A stretch of 64,000 bases of DNA. Source: an uncultured Gemmatimonadales bacterium. GTDB taxonomy: Bacteria; Gemmatimonadota; Gemmatimonadetes; Longimicrobiales; RSA9. This document shows, piece by piece, positions 52,398 through 64,000 of this stretch. The stretch's first letter is position 1. Every line of letters starts with the position of its first letter. The stretch is taken from the NCBI GenBank assembly GCA_963741945.1, contig CAVUKA010000001.1, positions 672,001 through 736,000 of the forward strand, in the 5' to 3' direction. Made by a program: the position numbers and the translations under genes. The notes beneath the pieces are model-generated. The model did no database searches, was not told where the DNA came from, and saw only the letters and a list, made by a program, of their open reading frames with translations.

Positions 52398-52928
52398 TTA
52401 AGCGCCTTCCCGCTCGGCGCGTAGCGCCTCGAGCAGACCCACCATTTCGCTCAACTTCCCCTGCATGAGGAAGACGAGCTGTGACAGCGGGGCCTGCATG
52501 GCGCCCGCCAGTTCCGCCAGGAGCACATCCCGCGGCGGCAGCTTGGCCAGACGCCCCACCTGCTCGGCGCTCACCCGCTGCCGTTCGACCACGCCGACCT
52601 TCACGGACGGGCGATCGTCGTTCTCCTTCGCGAAGTCGTTCAGCACCCGCGCCGCGACCACGGCGTCCTCGACGCCGATCACCACGCCCGTCGGGCCCTG
52701 GAAGAACTCCGCGATGTCCGGCACCTCGAGCCCCGCCAGGGCCCGCAGCGCCAACGTATTCTTCACCACGAGGTACTCCACGCCCTCCGCCCGCATGCGG
52801 GCGCGGAGCGTCGTCATCTTCTTGACGTTGAGCCCCGTGAAGTCTGTCAGGTAGAAGGCCTTGGCCGCGTCCAGCTTGCCGGCCAGCTCCTCCACCACCG
52901 CCTGCTTCCGTTCCGTTGCGCTGCTCAT
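52398..52928 (-). CDS. rplJ: 50S ribosomal protein L10
   Basis: DFTGLNV, VVKNTL; synteny. Confidence 0.95.
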   Translation of the reverse strand: MSSATERKQAVVEELAGKLDAAKAFYLTDFTGLNVKKMTTLRARMRAEGVEYLVVKNTLALRALAGLEVPDIAEFFQGPTGVVIGVEDAVVAARVLNDFAKENDDRPSVKVGVVERQRVSAEQVGRLAKLPPRDVLLAELAGAMQAPLSQLVFLMQGKLSEMVGLLEALRAEREGA

Positions 52929-53629
52929 GCCGCCACCCGCCGATAGAGGTTCGGGTCGATTCCCACGCCCGGCCCCATGGTGCTCGAGACGGTCACGCTG
53001 CGGACGTAGGCGCCCTTCGCCGCTGCCGGCTTCGCGCGCTGGATCACGTCCATGACCGCGCCCATGTTCTCCGCCAGCTGCTCGATGCTGAACGACACCT
53101 TCCCGATCGGGATGTGGACGTTGCCGGTCCGGTCCACGCGAAACTCGATCTTCCCCGCCTTGATCTCACGGACCGCCTTCCCCACGTCCATGGTCACCGT
53201 GCCCGCCTTCGGCGTCGGCATCAGACCACGCGGCCCGAGCACCCGGCCCAGCTGCCCCACCTGCCCCATCACGTTCGGCGCCGCGACCACCACGTCGAAG
53301 TCGAGCCAGCCCTCCTTGATCCGCTCGACGTGCTCCATCCCGACGTAGTCCGCGCCCGCCGCGTTCGCGGCCTCCGCCTGCGCGCCCTCCGCCAGAACCA
53401 GCACGCGCACGGTCTTGCCCGTGCCGTGCGGGAGCACCACCGTGCCCCGGACGATCTGGTCCGCGTGCCGCGGATCCACACCCAGGCGCACCGAGACCTC
53501 CACGGTCTCGTCGAACTTCGCGAACGCGTTCTCCTTCACCAGCTCCAGCGCTCGCGCCGGCTCCTCGAACTTGATCCCCTTCGGCAGGAGCGATGCCGCG
53601 CGCCGATACTGCTTCCCATGCTTTGGCAT
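52925..53629 (-). CDS. rplA: 50S ribosomal protein L1
   Basis: [21 protein letters not shown]. Confidence 0.97.
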   Translation of the reverse strand: MPKHGKQYRRAASLLPKGIKFEEPARALELVKENAFAKFDETVEVSVRLGVDPRHADQIVRGTVVLPHGTGKTVRVLVLAEGAQAEAANAAGADYVGMEHVERIKEGWLDFDVVVAAPNVMGQVGQLGRVLGPRGLMPTPKAGTVTMDVGKAVREIKAGKIEFRVDRTGNVHIPIGKVSFSIEQLAENMGAVMDVIQRAKPAAAKGAYVRSVTVSSTMGPGVGIDPNLYRRVAA

Positions 53630-54054
53630 CAGTCCACCACCGTCAGGCCCATGGAACGTGCGGTTCCCTCGATCATCCGCATCGCGCTCTCCACGCTCGC
53701 CGCGTTCAGGTCCGGCATCTTCAGCGTGGCGATCTCCCGCACCTGCGATCGCTTCACCAGCCCCACCTTGTCCCGCTGCGGGACCGCCGAACCCTTCGCC
53801 ACTTTCGCTGCCTGCCGGAGCAGGAACGCCGCGGGCGGGGTCTTCGTGATGAAGCTGAACGACCGGTCCGCGAACACCGTGATCTCCACGGGAATGACGG
53901 TCCCGGCCTGCTGCTGCGTGCGGGCGTTGAACTGCTTGCAGAACTCCATGATGTTCACACCGTGCTGGCCCAGGGCGGGCCCCACGGGCGGCGCAGGATT
54001 CGCCTGCGCCCCTGGAATCTGCAGCTTTATGAATCCGATCTGCTTCTTGGCCAT
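53629..54054 (-). CDS. rplK: 50S ribosomal protein L11
   Basis: [22 protein letters not shown]. Confidence 0.97.
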   Translation of the reverse strand: MAKKQIGFIKLQIPGAQANPAPPVGPALGQHGVNIMEFCKQFNARTQQQAGTVIPVEITVFADRSFSFITKTPPAAFLLRQAAKVAKGSAVPQRDKVGLVKRSQVREIATLKMPDLNAASVESAMRMIEGTARSMGLTVVD

Positions 54055-54080
54055 GTTCCGCCTCGCTCCCGTGGATGTCT

Positions 54081-54121
54081 CGGCCGTGGTTGCGCCCGGG
54101 AGCGCGAAGCTCCCACGGCCG
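54081..54121 (-). promoter_or_regulatory. Probable L1-binding autoregulatory RNA in the rplK leader
   Basis: Minus strand CGGCCGTGGGAG...GCGCAACCACGGCCG; GUGG-GAG/ACCAC stem with internal loop resembles L1 operators. Confidence 0.55.
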
Positions 54122-54161
54122 TCCTCTCCTGCCTGCCTCCGGACGCCGCGCGTCCGGAGCC

Positions 54162-54713
54162 CTAGTATCCCTTCAGCTGCGTATAATCGAGCTCGACCGA
54201 GGTGGGGCGCCCGAAGAGGCTCACTTCCACCTTCACCTTGCCCTTGTCGTGGTAGACTTCCTGGACCGTGCCGCTGAAGTCCTTGAACGGCCCATCCGTG
54301 ACTTCCACCACCTGCTCCGCGTGGAAGGGCACCTGCTCGCGCTGCTCCTCCTCCGCCACCTCCGGCTCCGCACCCAGGATCTTCCGCATCTCGTCTTCGC
54401 GCAGCGGCTGCGGCTCCGCACCGCCGCCCACGAACTTGATCACGCCCTGGATGTTGTTGATCACGTGCATGGTGCGCTGGTTGTACAGCATCTTGACCAG
54501 CACGTACCCGGGGTAGAGGCGCCGCGTCACCTGGACGCGCTTGCCGTTGCGGATCTCCGCCACTTCCTGGGTCGGGACCAGCGCCTCCTGGATCGCCTTG
54601 TCCTCCGGCGCCTCACCCGCCTCCTCGGCGATGCGGATGTCGATCAGCTTCTTGACCTTGTTCTCGTGGCCCGAGTAGGTCTGGATGGCGTACCAGCGCG
54701 CCTCGTCGCTCAT
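54162..54713 (-). CDS. nusG: Transcription termination/antitermination factor NusG
   Basis: [34 protein letters not shown]. Confidence 0.96.
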   Translation of the reverse strand: MSDEARWYAIQTYSGHENKVKKLIDIRIAEEAGEAPEDKAIQEALVPTQEVAEIRNGKRVQVTRRLYPGYVLVKMLYNQRTMHVINNIQGVIKFVGGGAEPQPLREDEMRKILGAEPEVAEEEQREQVPFHAEQVVEVTDGPFKDFSGTVQEVYHDKGKVKVEVSLFGRPTSVELDYTQLKGY

Positions 54714-54714
54714 C

Positions 54715-54918
54715 TCACCCCGCGAACACGCTCAGGATCGCTTGCAGTACACCGCGCGCCGCCACGTCCATCACCCAGATGATGGCGGAGACGATCACCA
54801 CGAACACGAGCACGACGAACGTGGAGTTCCGCAGCTGCGGCACGTCCGGCCACGTCACCTTCTTCATCTCGTCCACCGTCTCATCAAAGAAACGACGAAC
54901 GCCGGCCATTGAAGCCAT
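54715..54918 (-). CDS. secE: Preprotein translocase SecE
   Basis: EMKKVTWP plus a single TM helix; directly upstream of nusG. Confidence 0.93.
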   Translation of the reverse strand: MASMAGVRRFFDETVDEMKKVTWPDVPQLRNSTFVVLVFVVIVSAIIWVMDVAARGVLQAILSVFAG

Positions 54919-54920
54919 GG

Positions 54921-55073
54921 CTATTTCGTTTCCTTGTGAACGGTGTGGGCGTCGCACCGCGGGCAGTACTTCTTCGTCTCCTGCCGCTCGGGGTGGAGCC
55001 GCTTGTTCTTCTTCGTGTGATAGTTCCGCTCCTCGCACTTTGTGCAGGCGAGGATGATCTTGTCGCGCGGCAT
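54921..55073 (-). CDS. rpmG: 50S ribosomal protein L33 (not in ORF track)
   Basis: Hand translation [50 protein letters not shown]. Confidence 0.95.
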   Translation of the reverse strand: MPRDKIILACTKCEERNYHTKKNKRLHPERQETKKYCPRCDAHTVHKETK

Positions 55074-55221
55074 TCTGCCTCTACCTTCGTCGCAAATTCT
55101 CGGGCGGAGCCTCTAGTCTACTCCCGCCCCTCCCGAATGTTCCGGTCGGCCGCGCTCGACGTGCGCGCGTGCAGGGCACCACCGCCTCGCACGCGCGCAC
55201 GCCCGCGCGCCCTGACCCCGT

Positions 55222-56409
<1,188 letters not shown>

Positions 56410-56519
56410 CGCTAACCCTCGAGGTGGTGTCGGTTCACTATCGCTTCAGCCCAATGCAACCAGCAGCCCGCGTCGGCCCGCCCTGGCCATCGCCGGCTGG
56501 CTTCTGGTCGCGAACAACG

Positions 56520-56591
56520 AGCTCGCGGCGGGGATTGAACCCGCGACCTCTTCCTTACCAAGGAAGCGCTCTACCACTGAGCTACACGAGC
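56520..56591 (-). tRNA. tRNA-Thr(GGT), CCA not encoded
   Basis: GCTCGTGTAGCTCAGTGGTAGAGCGCTTCCTTGGTAAGGAAGAGGTCGCGGGTTCAATCCCCGCCGCGAGCT forms a cloverleaf. Confidence 0.95.
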
Positions 56592-56761
56592 GTTTGCGCG
56601 CCCGGCGCCCCGGCTGGTGCCGGGGAGCCCTGTCTCCATGGCTGCCTGTCGCGGCACGGACGCGCTCTGGCACGAGGCCGTGCAGCGCGTCCGTCGAGCC
56701 GTGCACCGGAGCACCGGCGACAGCGGGCCGGGGCGGACCCCGGTCGTGAAGACAGATCGGT

Positions 56762-56790
56762 AGTATACAAGTGGGTTTCGGGGGTGTCAA
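56762..56790 (-). promoter_or_regulatory. Near-consensus sigma70 promoter for tRNA-Thr-tuf operon
   Basis: Minus strand TTGACA-17 nt-TATACT. Confidence 0.8.
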
Positions 56791-56939
56791 CACCACGCAT
56801 CGAGGCGCGGCGCTCCCGGTTCGAAGAGGGTCCGGCAAAGGGAGCACGGTCGGGGGCGGCGGTGTACGTTCAGAGTGGAACCCGACTTGCTATGGCGGCC
56901 TGGTGGAACGGACCTGGGACGGTGCTGAATGGGTGTTGA

Positions 56940-58705
56940 ATGAGAAAACGAGTGCGCGCGGGCTCGCCCATCCGGTGGACGGGGGTGGTGCTGCTCGGAG
57001 TGGGGCTGGCGGGTGCATGCGACAACGGGACCGCGCCGCCGGTGGTGCCGCCCGCCCCGAGCGAAGTGACGGCTACGCCGGTCTCGATGACCTCCATGAC
57101 CGTGAGCTGGACGCTCCCCGGCGGCGAGAACGCGGACGCCTTCATTCTGCAGCGGTCGCGGAACGCGCTCGCATTCGTCCCGGTGGACACGGTGGGGGGG
57201 ATGTCCGCACGTACGTGGACACCCTGCTCACCGCCGACACGCAGTACCGCTACCGTGTGCAGGCGTGCAACGGAACGCTCTGCTCGGATTTCAAGACATC
57301 GCTGCCCGCGCGCACGTTCGCGGAGCTGGCGATCACCACGGACTCCCTGCCGTTCGCGGTGGTGGGGTATCCGTACTCGGTGGCGATCCACGGGGACGGT
57401 GGGGACGGGTCGTACTCCTGGCGCGTGAGCGCGGGCTCGCTGCCGGCCGGGCTGGCGCTGAACACGGGCGAATCACCCACGCCGGAGCCGCACGGCGCCA
57501 TCATCTCGGGGACGCCCCAGACCGCGCAGACGGCGGTGTTCACGGTGGAGCTCGAGAGCGGTGACGAGCAGCTGGCGCATCGCGGGTACGTCATCCAGGT
57601 GCTGGCGCAGCCCGCCCCGGTGGCTGTGACGACGCTGGTGCTGCCGCCAGTCGTGGCGAGCGGTCGCTATGAGGCGCAGCTGCACGCGTCGGGAGGGATC
57701 GGAAGCGGCTTCACGTGGTCGGTAGTCGCCGGGTCGCTCCCTGCGGGACTGACGCTGACGCCAGACGGCATGATCCACGGCACGCCGGCGGCCCCGGACA
57801 CGGCCACGTTCACGGTGCGGGCGGCGAGCGGCGGGGAGGCCGGGGAGTCCACGTTCGACATTGCCGTGGTGCCCAACCACCCGGACCGCTACGACATCAC
57901 GCCCTTCCCCGTGGTCCCGATCCCGGCCAACATCCAGCCGCACGTGGATTCGGCGGTGGCGCGATGGGAGGAGGCCATCACGGGCGACGTCCCGAACGAC
58001 ACGGTGCCCGCGGGCTTCTTCGACCCGAACTACTGCGGCGGGTTCGGCGACGCTGCGAACGGCACCACGGTGGAGGACGTGATGGTGCTGATCAACATCG
58101 CCCCGATCGACGGCGCGGGTCAGGTGCTGGGACAGGCCGGTCCGTGCGCGCTGCGGGGCGGAAGCAGCCTGCCCGTGGTCGGGATCCTGACGCTCGACGT
58201 CGCCGACCTCCAGCCGCTGGTGGGGACGAACACGCTCACGGACATCATCTTCCACGAGATCGGCCACATTCTCGGGTTCGGCACACTGTGGAGTCGCCTG
58301 AACCTGATCAACGGGGCGGGCGGCCCCGTGCCCACGTACACCGGGGCGGAAGCGGTGGCGCAGTACCATGCCCTGGGCCGGACGGGGAACATCCCGCTGG
58401 AGACGACGGGCGGAGAGGGAACGCGCGACGCCCACTGGAGCGAAGCCGTGTTCGATCGCGAGATCATGACCGGCTACGCGGAGCAGACGGGCGTACCGGA
58501 GCCGTTGAGCAAGATGACCATCGCATCGTTCGCGGACCTGGGATACCAGGTGAACCTGGGCGCGGCGGATCCGTACAGCCTGGCCGCCGGCGTGCAGAGC
58601 GAGGCCGCGCGGGAGCGGCCGGACCTGGGCCGTGACCTGCTCTACACCGGCCCCGTGCTGGTGCTCGGGAAGGACGGACGCGTGGAGACCATCCACCTGC
58701 GATGA
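56940..58705 (+). CDS. Lipoprotein with FN3, two Ig-like domains and a leishmanolysin (M8)-like Zn peptidase; frameshift in G7 tract at 57194-57200
   Basis: Lipobox LAGAC in ORF 56940; YRYRVQACN, two GSLPAGL-type Ig repeats, HEIGHILGF, AHWSE and EIMTG in ORF ending 58705. Confidence 0.85.
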
Positions 58706-58727
58706 ACGCCACGAAGGAAGGCAGACC

Positions 58728-59207
58728 ATGAGACGACCCATGCGGGCAGCCGCCGGAGCCGCGGGGCTTGCCGTGGCGTCCGTCGCCCTGCTCGGGGCGT
58801 GCGCCAGCGCCGAAACGAAGCTGTCCGCCCAGGAGATCGCGGGCTGCTATTATTTCGAGCGGACGCCCGCGGCGGACTCCCTGGGACTTCCCTGGGGCGT
58901 GCGCCTCACCGATCGGCCGCTGGAAGGCTGGCCCGCCATGGCGCCGCGCAACCCGAAGCTCGCCACCACGCTCGCGCCGGGCGGCGATCAGGACTTCCCG
59001 TTCGGCTACTGGCTCGTGGCCGATTCAGACTCCCTGGAGATCGGCTATCCCGGCGGTGGCGGGATCGTGGTCCACGTCGCCCCGGAAGGACAGGAGCTGA
59101 TCGGGAGCGCGCGGCCCGTGGGCGATGCGCTTCCGCCCGGCGCCCTGCCGGGCTCGCCCGCCACCCGGACCGTGACGCTGAAGCACGCGCTCTGCCCGGA
59201 GAAATGA
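58728..59207 (+). CDS. Hypothetical lipoprotein
   Basis: GGAAGG RBS, ATG 58728, lipobox LGAC. Confidence 0.7.
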   Translation: MRRPMRAAAGAAGLAVASVALLGACASAETKLSAQEIAGCYYFERTPAADSLGLPWGVRLTDRPLEGWPAMAPRNPKLATTLAPGGDQDFPFGYWLVADSDSLEIGYPGGGGIVVHVAPEGQELIGSARPVGDALPPGALPGSPATRTVTLKHALCPEK

Positions 59208-59236
59208 GGGGCAGGGCGAGGAGGGCGGTGGGGGCG

Positions 59237-59458
59237 TCAGTCCAGGTCGGCGGGGTCGTCGTCGCTCCACGACAGCGTGATCTCCGCCGATGAGCTGTCC
59301 ACCAGCGCGCCATGCCGCCCCGGATGCCCACGCATCCGCTGACAGCGGACGCCCTCCAGCAGCGGGTGGGCGCAGGCGCACAGCGCTGCGTCCGGCTCGT
59401 CGTCCGCCCTGCCGGCGCCAGCCGTCCCCGGGACCGGCGCATCACCCTGGAAGTCCAT
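59237..59458 (-). CDS. Small hypothetical Cys/His-rich protein
   Basis: ORF MDFQGD...LCACAHP...RCQRMRGHPGRH; no family recognised. Confidence 0.35.
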   Translation of the reverse strand: MDFQGDAPVPGTAGAGRADDEPDAALCACAHPLLEGVRCQRMRGHPGRHGALVDSSSAEITLSWSDDDPADLD

Positions 59459-59493
59459 CGCCACCCATCGACCGTGGAACAGGGGGTCATTGT

Positions 59494-59536
59494 AGCCGAA
59501 GCCCCGGCATCGCGCAGCGACCCCGGGGCTTCGGCT
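59494..59536 (-). terminator. Hairpin downstream of tRNA-Gly
   Basis: AGCCGAAGCCCCGG...CCGGGGCTTCGGCT. Confidence 0.6.
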
Positions 59537-59544
59537 TCCTTCAG

Positions 59545-59618
59545 AGCGGGAGACGGGACTCGAACCCGCGACCCTCAGCTTGGAAGGCTGATGCTCTAGC
59601 CAACTGAGCTACTCCCGC
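59545..59618 (-). tRNA. tRNA-Gly(TCC), CCA not encoded
   Basis: GCGGGAGTAGCTCAGTTGGCTAGAGCATCAGCCTTCCAAGCTGAGGGTCGCGGGTTCGAGTCCCGTCTCCCGCT forms a cloverleaf. Confidence 0.95.
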
Positions 59619-60048
59619 GACCAGCCGAATCGTATTGCGGCGCGCGGACTTGAGACACCTGATGCATGTCACCGTGTCTGTCACCAGACCGTCGTCCACG
59701 CCCGCATTACGGTCGCTGCATCCCGTCCCCGGCGCAAGCCCGCGGTCGATCCCTTCCGCATGTCGCTTCGTGTCCGCGAAGTCTGGCCGCTCGACCCGGG
59801 CCGGCACAGGTTCTGGCACGCCAACCCGACCATCAGCTCGCACCGGGAGACTCCATGGGACCCGCGCACGGTCTGAAGGCCATTCTCTGCGGCATGCTCG
59901 CGCTCGGCGCTATCATAGCGGCGGCGCATGCGGGGCGGGTGTGAAGGAGCCGCGCACGCTTCGTGCGTCGAGACGTATCCGCATAACCGCAGGATATCGA
60001 GTTCCCGTGAATCCAGCTTCCACGCACGCACAGCATCGGGAGGAGACG

Positions 60049-63000
60049 GTGTACGTACACCGGCATAGCAGGAGAGGTGGGTCTTGTGGCCGGACGCACC
60101 GGGCCCTCCTGGTGGCACTGGCGGTGCTTTCACTGCTCGCGTCCCCGGTGGCCGCGCAGATGGGCGAAGGGATCGGTCTCGGTGTTGCGCCGACGGCGGA
60201 GCGAATCTACTGGCACAGGGATCTGGCGCTGGTGGATTCGTGGTACTACGGGGGTGGTGCCACCCTGAGCTTCGGTGAGTACGTGGCGCTCCAGGGCTAC
60301 TACCTGCAGGGCGACAACGTGGAGCATTCCCAGTTCGGCAAGCTCGAGCGGGCGCGGCGGTACGGCGGAGACGTGGCATTCACGTTCGCGGACAGGCGCC
60401 TGATGCCATTCCTGCGGCTGGGCGCGGGCATCAGCGATTTCGAGCTCCCGGATGGGGGGACAGCGGCGGAACTCCTGACTGCGACCGGTGCGGCGGGGAT
60501 CCGGCTCCGGCTGTTCGAGCGGATCCACACGCACGTGTTCGCGCAGGACGTGCTGTTCCGGGCGTCATCGAGCTCGCCGCTCGTCGAGCCGGGGGCGATC
60601 GAGAACGGGAAGACGAAGACGTTCCACAACCTCTCCATCGGGGCGGGCGTCGATTTCCGCCTCGGTGGCGAGGCCCGCCAGCCGGAGACGGACCGGGCGT
60701 TCACGGGTGGTCTCCACGGTGTGACATCGCCGCTTGAGCTGGTCGGTGGCGTCGTGCGCTGGGACAATGCCATGGGCATCGAAGATCTCCCCATGGCCGG
60801 GGTCCGGCTGGGGTTCGATTTCGGGCCGTGGGTCGGGGTGCAAGGGTATTATTTCGGCAGTGTCGAGAACGACCTGAGCGACTTCACCAGCTACATGGGC
60901 TATGGCGCCGAGGGTCGCTTCAATCTCAGCCGGAGCGACGCGGCGCTGACGCCGTACCTGGTGCTCGGAGGCGGCCGGGTCCATTTCCCCGATTCGGTTG
61001 CCGCATCGGCCGGCTTCGACCAGGACCGGAAGTGGAACGCCATCCTCGGCGGCGGTGTGGGAGTGAACCTGACGGAGCGGATCCGGCTGGACGTCGCTGC
61101 GCGGGACTTCCTGCTGACCCGCTCGGATCCCGAAGCGACCACGGCTCCGGATCAGCTGTACCACAGCTGGATGTACACGGGCGGGATCCGCATCTCGCTC
61201 GGCGGCAGAGCTGGCACGGCGAAGCGCCCGATTGCCGCGGAGACGCCGGAACGGCCCGCCATGGCGGCGGTGAGCCCGGCGGACACCACCACGGCCGAGT
61301 CTGACCTGGTCGGGCAGGTGAAGGCGCTCCGGATGGAGGTGGATGACCTCCGACGTGAGATCCGCAGGGAGGAAGCCATGCCCCGGCGGCCGGCGGCGAC
61401 GGTGGATACCGCGGCGGCACCGGCCACCGGGCCGTCGCCCCCGGTCATGGAAGCCGGCGCCGACACGGTGCCGTCCCCGGCGGCGAAGGGCCAGATGATC
61501 CAGCTGCCGGTGCTGGAGAACGGGGTCATCTACATCCGGTTCGGCGAGACGGCGGCGGTCACGGATCCGCAGATTGGACCGACCGGCGCGCGCCGGGGGG
61601 CGGACTCCCTGGTGGACGCCCGGCTGCAGGCGCTGACCCGGCTGCTCGATGAGGAGCGCGCACGGCTCGCGGCACTCGAGGCCGCGCCGGCAGGCGCGGC
61701 GGTGGAGCGGACGGACTCGATCCTGGCGCTCCTCACCAGGCTGCAGGCCGAAGTTGGCCCGCGGGCCCCGGCCCGGACTCCCGAGCTGCCAGGCGAAGTG
61801 GGCGCCGACCGGATGCAGCTTCTGGAGTCCCGAATCCTCGATCGGCTGGAAACGCTCGAGCGCCAGGTGCGGGACATCGGGCGTACCGAGCGGACGGAGC
61901 CGAGCACCCAGCGGACGGAGCCGAGCACCGAGCGGGCGGAGCCGCCGGCGGTCCGGGTGGAGGTGGCACCGCAGGCCCAGGGCGCAGCGGTCATGCAGAG
62001 CCGACGTCCCTTGGGCGTGCTCCAGGGCGGTCCGATCGGCGTTCAGCGGATCGCGCCGCAGGTCGGTGCCACTCTCAACGATCCGAATCAGCTCCTGCTC
62101 GGCGTGAAGACCGATATCGGATCCGCGTTCGGCGGGCCGATCCGGGTCGTTCCGGAGCTCACGTTCGGCGTCACGGATCCCTTCACCTGGAGCCTGAACG
62201 GTCATCTGGAATACCCGATCCCGGTGCGGGTCCGCGGTGTGCGGCCATGGCTAGGTGCGGGGCTGGGTGTGGTTCAGCGCGGCAGGTTGGAGCTGTTGTT
62301 CCCCAACGTCCTGGCGGGAGTCACGTACCCGGTGAGCCGGTACCGTCTATTCGGCACCCTCGAGGGACTCGACCTGTTCGATGACACGCGTTTGATGGTA
62401 GGTGTGAGCACGCCCGCGCCATCGTTCAGGCGTGCCGCCGAGGCGCCGACGCCCCGGCCGGAGGGCGTGGCGGAGGACACGGTGCATCGTCGGGTCCAGC
62501 CGTCGGAATCTTCAGGCCCCGCCGCCGGTCGAGGCCGGGCCTGTGCACGCACCCGACCGCGCGGAGCCGGAGGAGCGGCCGGCCGCGGTTCCCCCGACCG
62601 GGGCACAGCCGGCGCCGGAGGCCGGTGCGGAGCCGACGGCGGAAGCGGCCGCAGCGGCACTCCGTCGTGATCTGTCGGCGCTGCAGGGCGCGGCGGCGGT
62701 CTCGGACGTCAGACGGACGGACAGCGGCATCGCGGTGGTTCTCGGCGGCGGGGAGACGTTCCCGACCGGCAGCGGCGGCCTGTCCGAGGCGGCTCGCGCC
62801 GCGCTGCGCCGGGTGGCCGACCTGCTGGTCCGGCACCCGGACGCGCGCGTGTCCGTCGAGGGCCACACGGATTCCCGGGGTCCGGCGGCACTGAACGAAA
62901 GACTCTCGCGGGAGCGGGCGGAGAGCGTGCGCGACGGCCTCCTTGCGCTGGGGGTGGACGGGGCACGGCTTGCGGTAAGGGCATACGGAGAGAGCCGCCC

Positions 63001-63076
63001 GATCGCCGACAACGCGACGGCGGCCGGCCGGTCCCAGAACCGGCGCGTTGAGCTGATCGTGACAACCGGCCGCTGA
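60049..63076 (+). CDS. Large outer-membrane protein with several beta-barrel-like domains and C-terminal OmpA domain; frameshift near 62517
   Basis: GGAGGAG RBS, GTG start and signal peptide; amphipathic strands; VEGHTDSRG, NERLSRERAESV and GRSQNRRVE in ORF ending 63076. Confidence 0.8.
61885..61944 (+). repeat. 21-bp in-frame tandem repeat (TERTEPS-like, ~3 copies)
   Basis: accgagcggacggagccgagc acccagcggacggagccgagc accgagcgggcggagccg. Confidence 0.8.
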
Positions 63077-63181
63077 AGCCAACCCAGGCTCAACGCACGA
63101 CGGCGAAGTCCCGGTGCAGTATGATCCGACAGTCGCCGTGCTGCTCCCGACTCCCTCAACGGTCACCCTGAAGAGGCTGTC

Positions 63182-63734
63182 ATGCTCGGCGTTCTCTCCG
63201 TTCTCGTCATCCTGGGGCTGTCGATCCTCGTCACGCGGGTGGCGACGGTCGCGCTCACCCACACCGGGCTCTCCCGTCAGTCCGCAGCTTTCCAGGCGCG
63301 CTCCGCCTTCACGGGCGTCGGCTTCACCACCCGCGAGGCCGAGAGCGTGGTCGGCCACCCCGTGCGCCGGCGGATCATCGCGACGCTGATGCTGCTGGGG
63401 AACGTGGGGATCGTGACGGCCGCCAGCCCACTGATCCTCGGGTTCGTGGATGTCCGGAACGGGGGGACCGAAGGCTGGATCAGGCTGCTGATCCTGGTGG
63501 GCGGGGTAGCCATCCTCATTCTCTTCGCGTCCAGCCGGTGGGTGGACAGGTGGATGTCCGCGGCCGTCAGCTGGGCCCTGGATCACTGGACCCGTCTCGA
63601 CGTCGGGTGGAGAAGCAGAACGGCGAATGGGCGCGAAGGGCGATCGGGCGCACCGGGAGGCCGTAGCCGAGCACGAGGCAGTGAAGGAGCGAGAGAGTGC
63701 CGAGCAGGAGGACAGGAAGCGGACGAGCCCGTAG
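63182..63734 (+). pseudogene. TrkA-C-associated membrane protein, apparently with an internal deletion
   Basis: TGLSRQSAAFQARSAFTGVGFTTREAE and HPVRRRI...LGNVG; similarity stops after TRLDV (~63604); family-like tail GDRAHREAVAEH in another frame. Confidence 0.55.
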
Positions 63735-63855
63735 CAGGCTCGCCTTGGGCGCTTCCACTGACGTGCCATTCTCCTGCCGGGCTCCGGTTGGGCTCGGTCC
63801 CGCCGCCCGGAGGACCGTTGGGGCGCCCTACTGCTGGCGCGCTCCGGGTCGCTCG

Positions 63856-64000
63856 TCAGCGCGCGAGGTATCCGCCATCCACGGGGTAGTACGCGCCGGT
63901 GATGAACGATGCCCGATCCGAGCTGAGGAACGCCACCAGCTCGGCCACCTCGCCGGGCTTGCCGAGCCGGCCCATCGGGTGGAGGGCGATGAGCTTCTCG
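63856..64000 (-). CDS. SDR-family oxidoreductase, 3' end only
   Basis: Hand translation [41 protein letters not shown]. Confidence 0.9.
   Translation of the reverse strand, partial: EKLIALHPMGRLGKPGEVAELVAFLSSDRASFITGAYYPVDGGYLAR

Noticed and set aside
56592-59544. tRNA-integrated prophage or genomic island
   Set aside because: No integrase and no duplicated tRNA 3' end visible.

Overview
GC-rich bacterial window, probably Gemmatimonadota (inferred from gene order and protein style; no search was run). (1) 1-21.1 kb is a cell-envelope polysaccharide region: upxY-wzi-wecA-wecB behind a sigma70 promoter, rmlDBAC, ugd, a DegT aminotransferase, an epimerase, UDP-GlcA decarboxylase, a nucleotide-sugar dehydrogenase, TPR proteins, lhgO and bamD. 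(2) 21.2-56.6 kb is the minus-strand ribosomal-protein/RNAP superoperon, from tRNA-Thr-tuf-rpmG-secE-nusG through rpoBC, str, S10, spc and alpha to rpmB. It has no infA and no tRNA-Trp, and an IS481-like transposase is inserted just upstream of the rpsL promoter. (3) 56.9-64 kb is accessory: an M8-like peptidase lipoprotein, tRNA-Gly, a multi-barrel OmpA protein, an internally deleted TrkA-type gene and the 3' end of an SDR. The main unexplained signals are a ~62.5-bp-period palindromic array at 6.5-6.7 kb, a dispersed ~145-bp element with CGTGACACGAAG terminal inverted repeats, 6-/7-/9-mer patterned repeats (two inside rmlB), and the IS with long flanking direct repeats and a predicted RNA fold over its start codon. 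Several accessory genes are frameshifted, which may be sequencing error.
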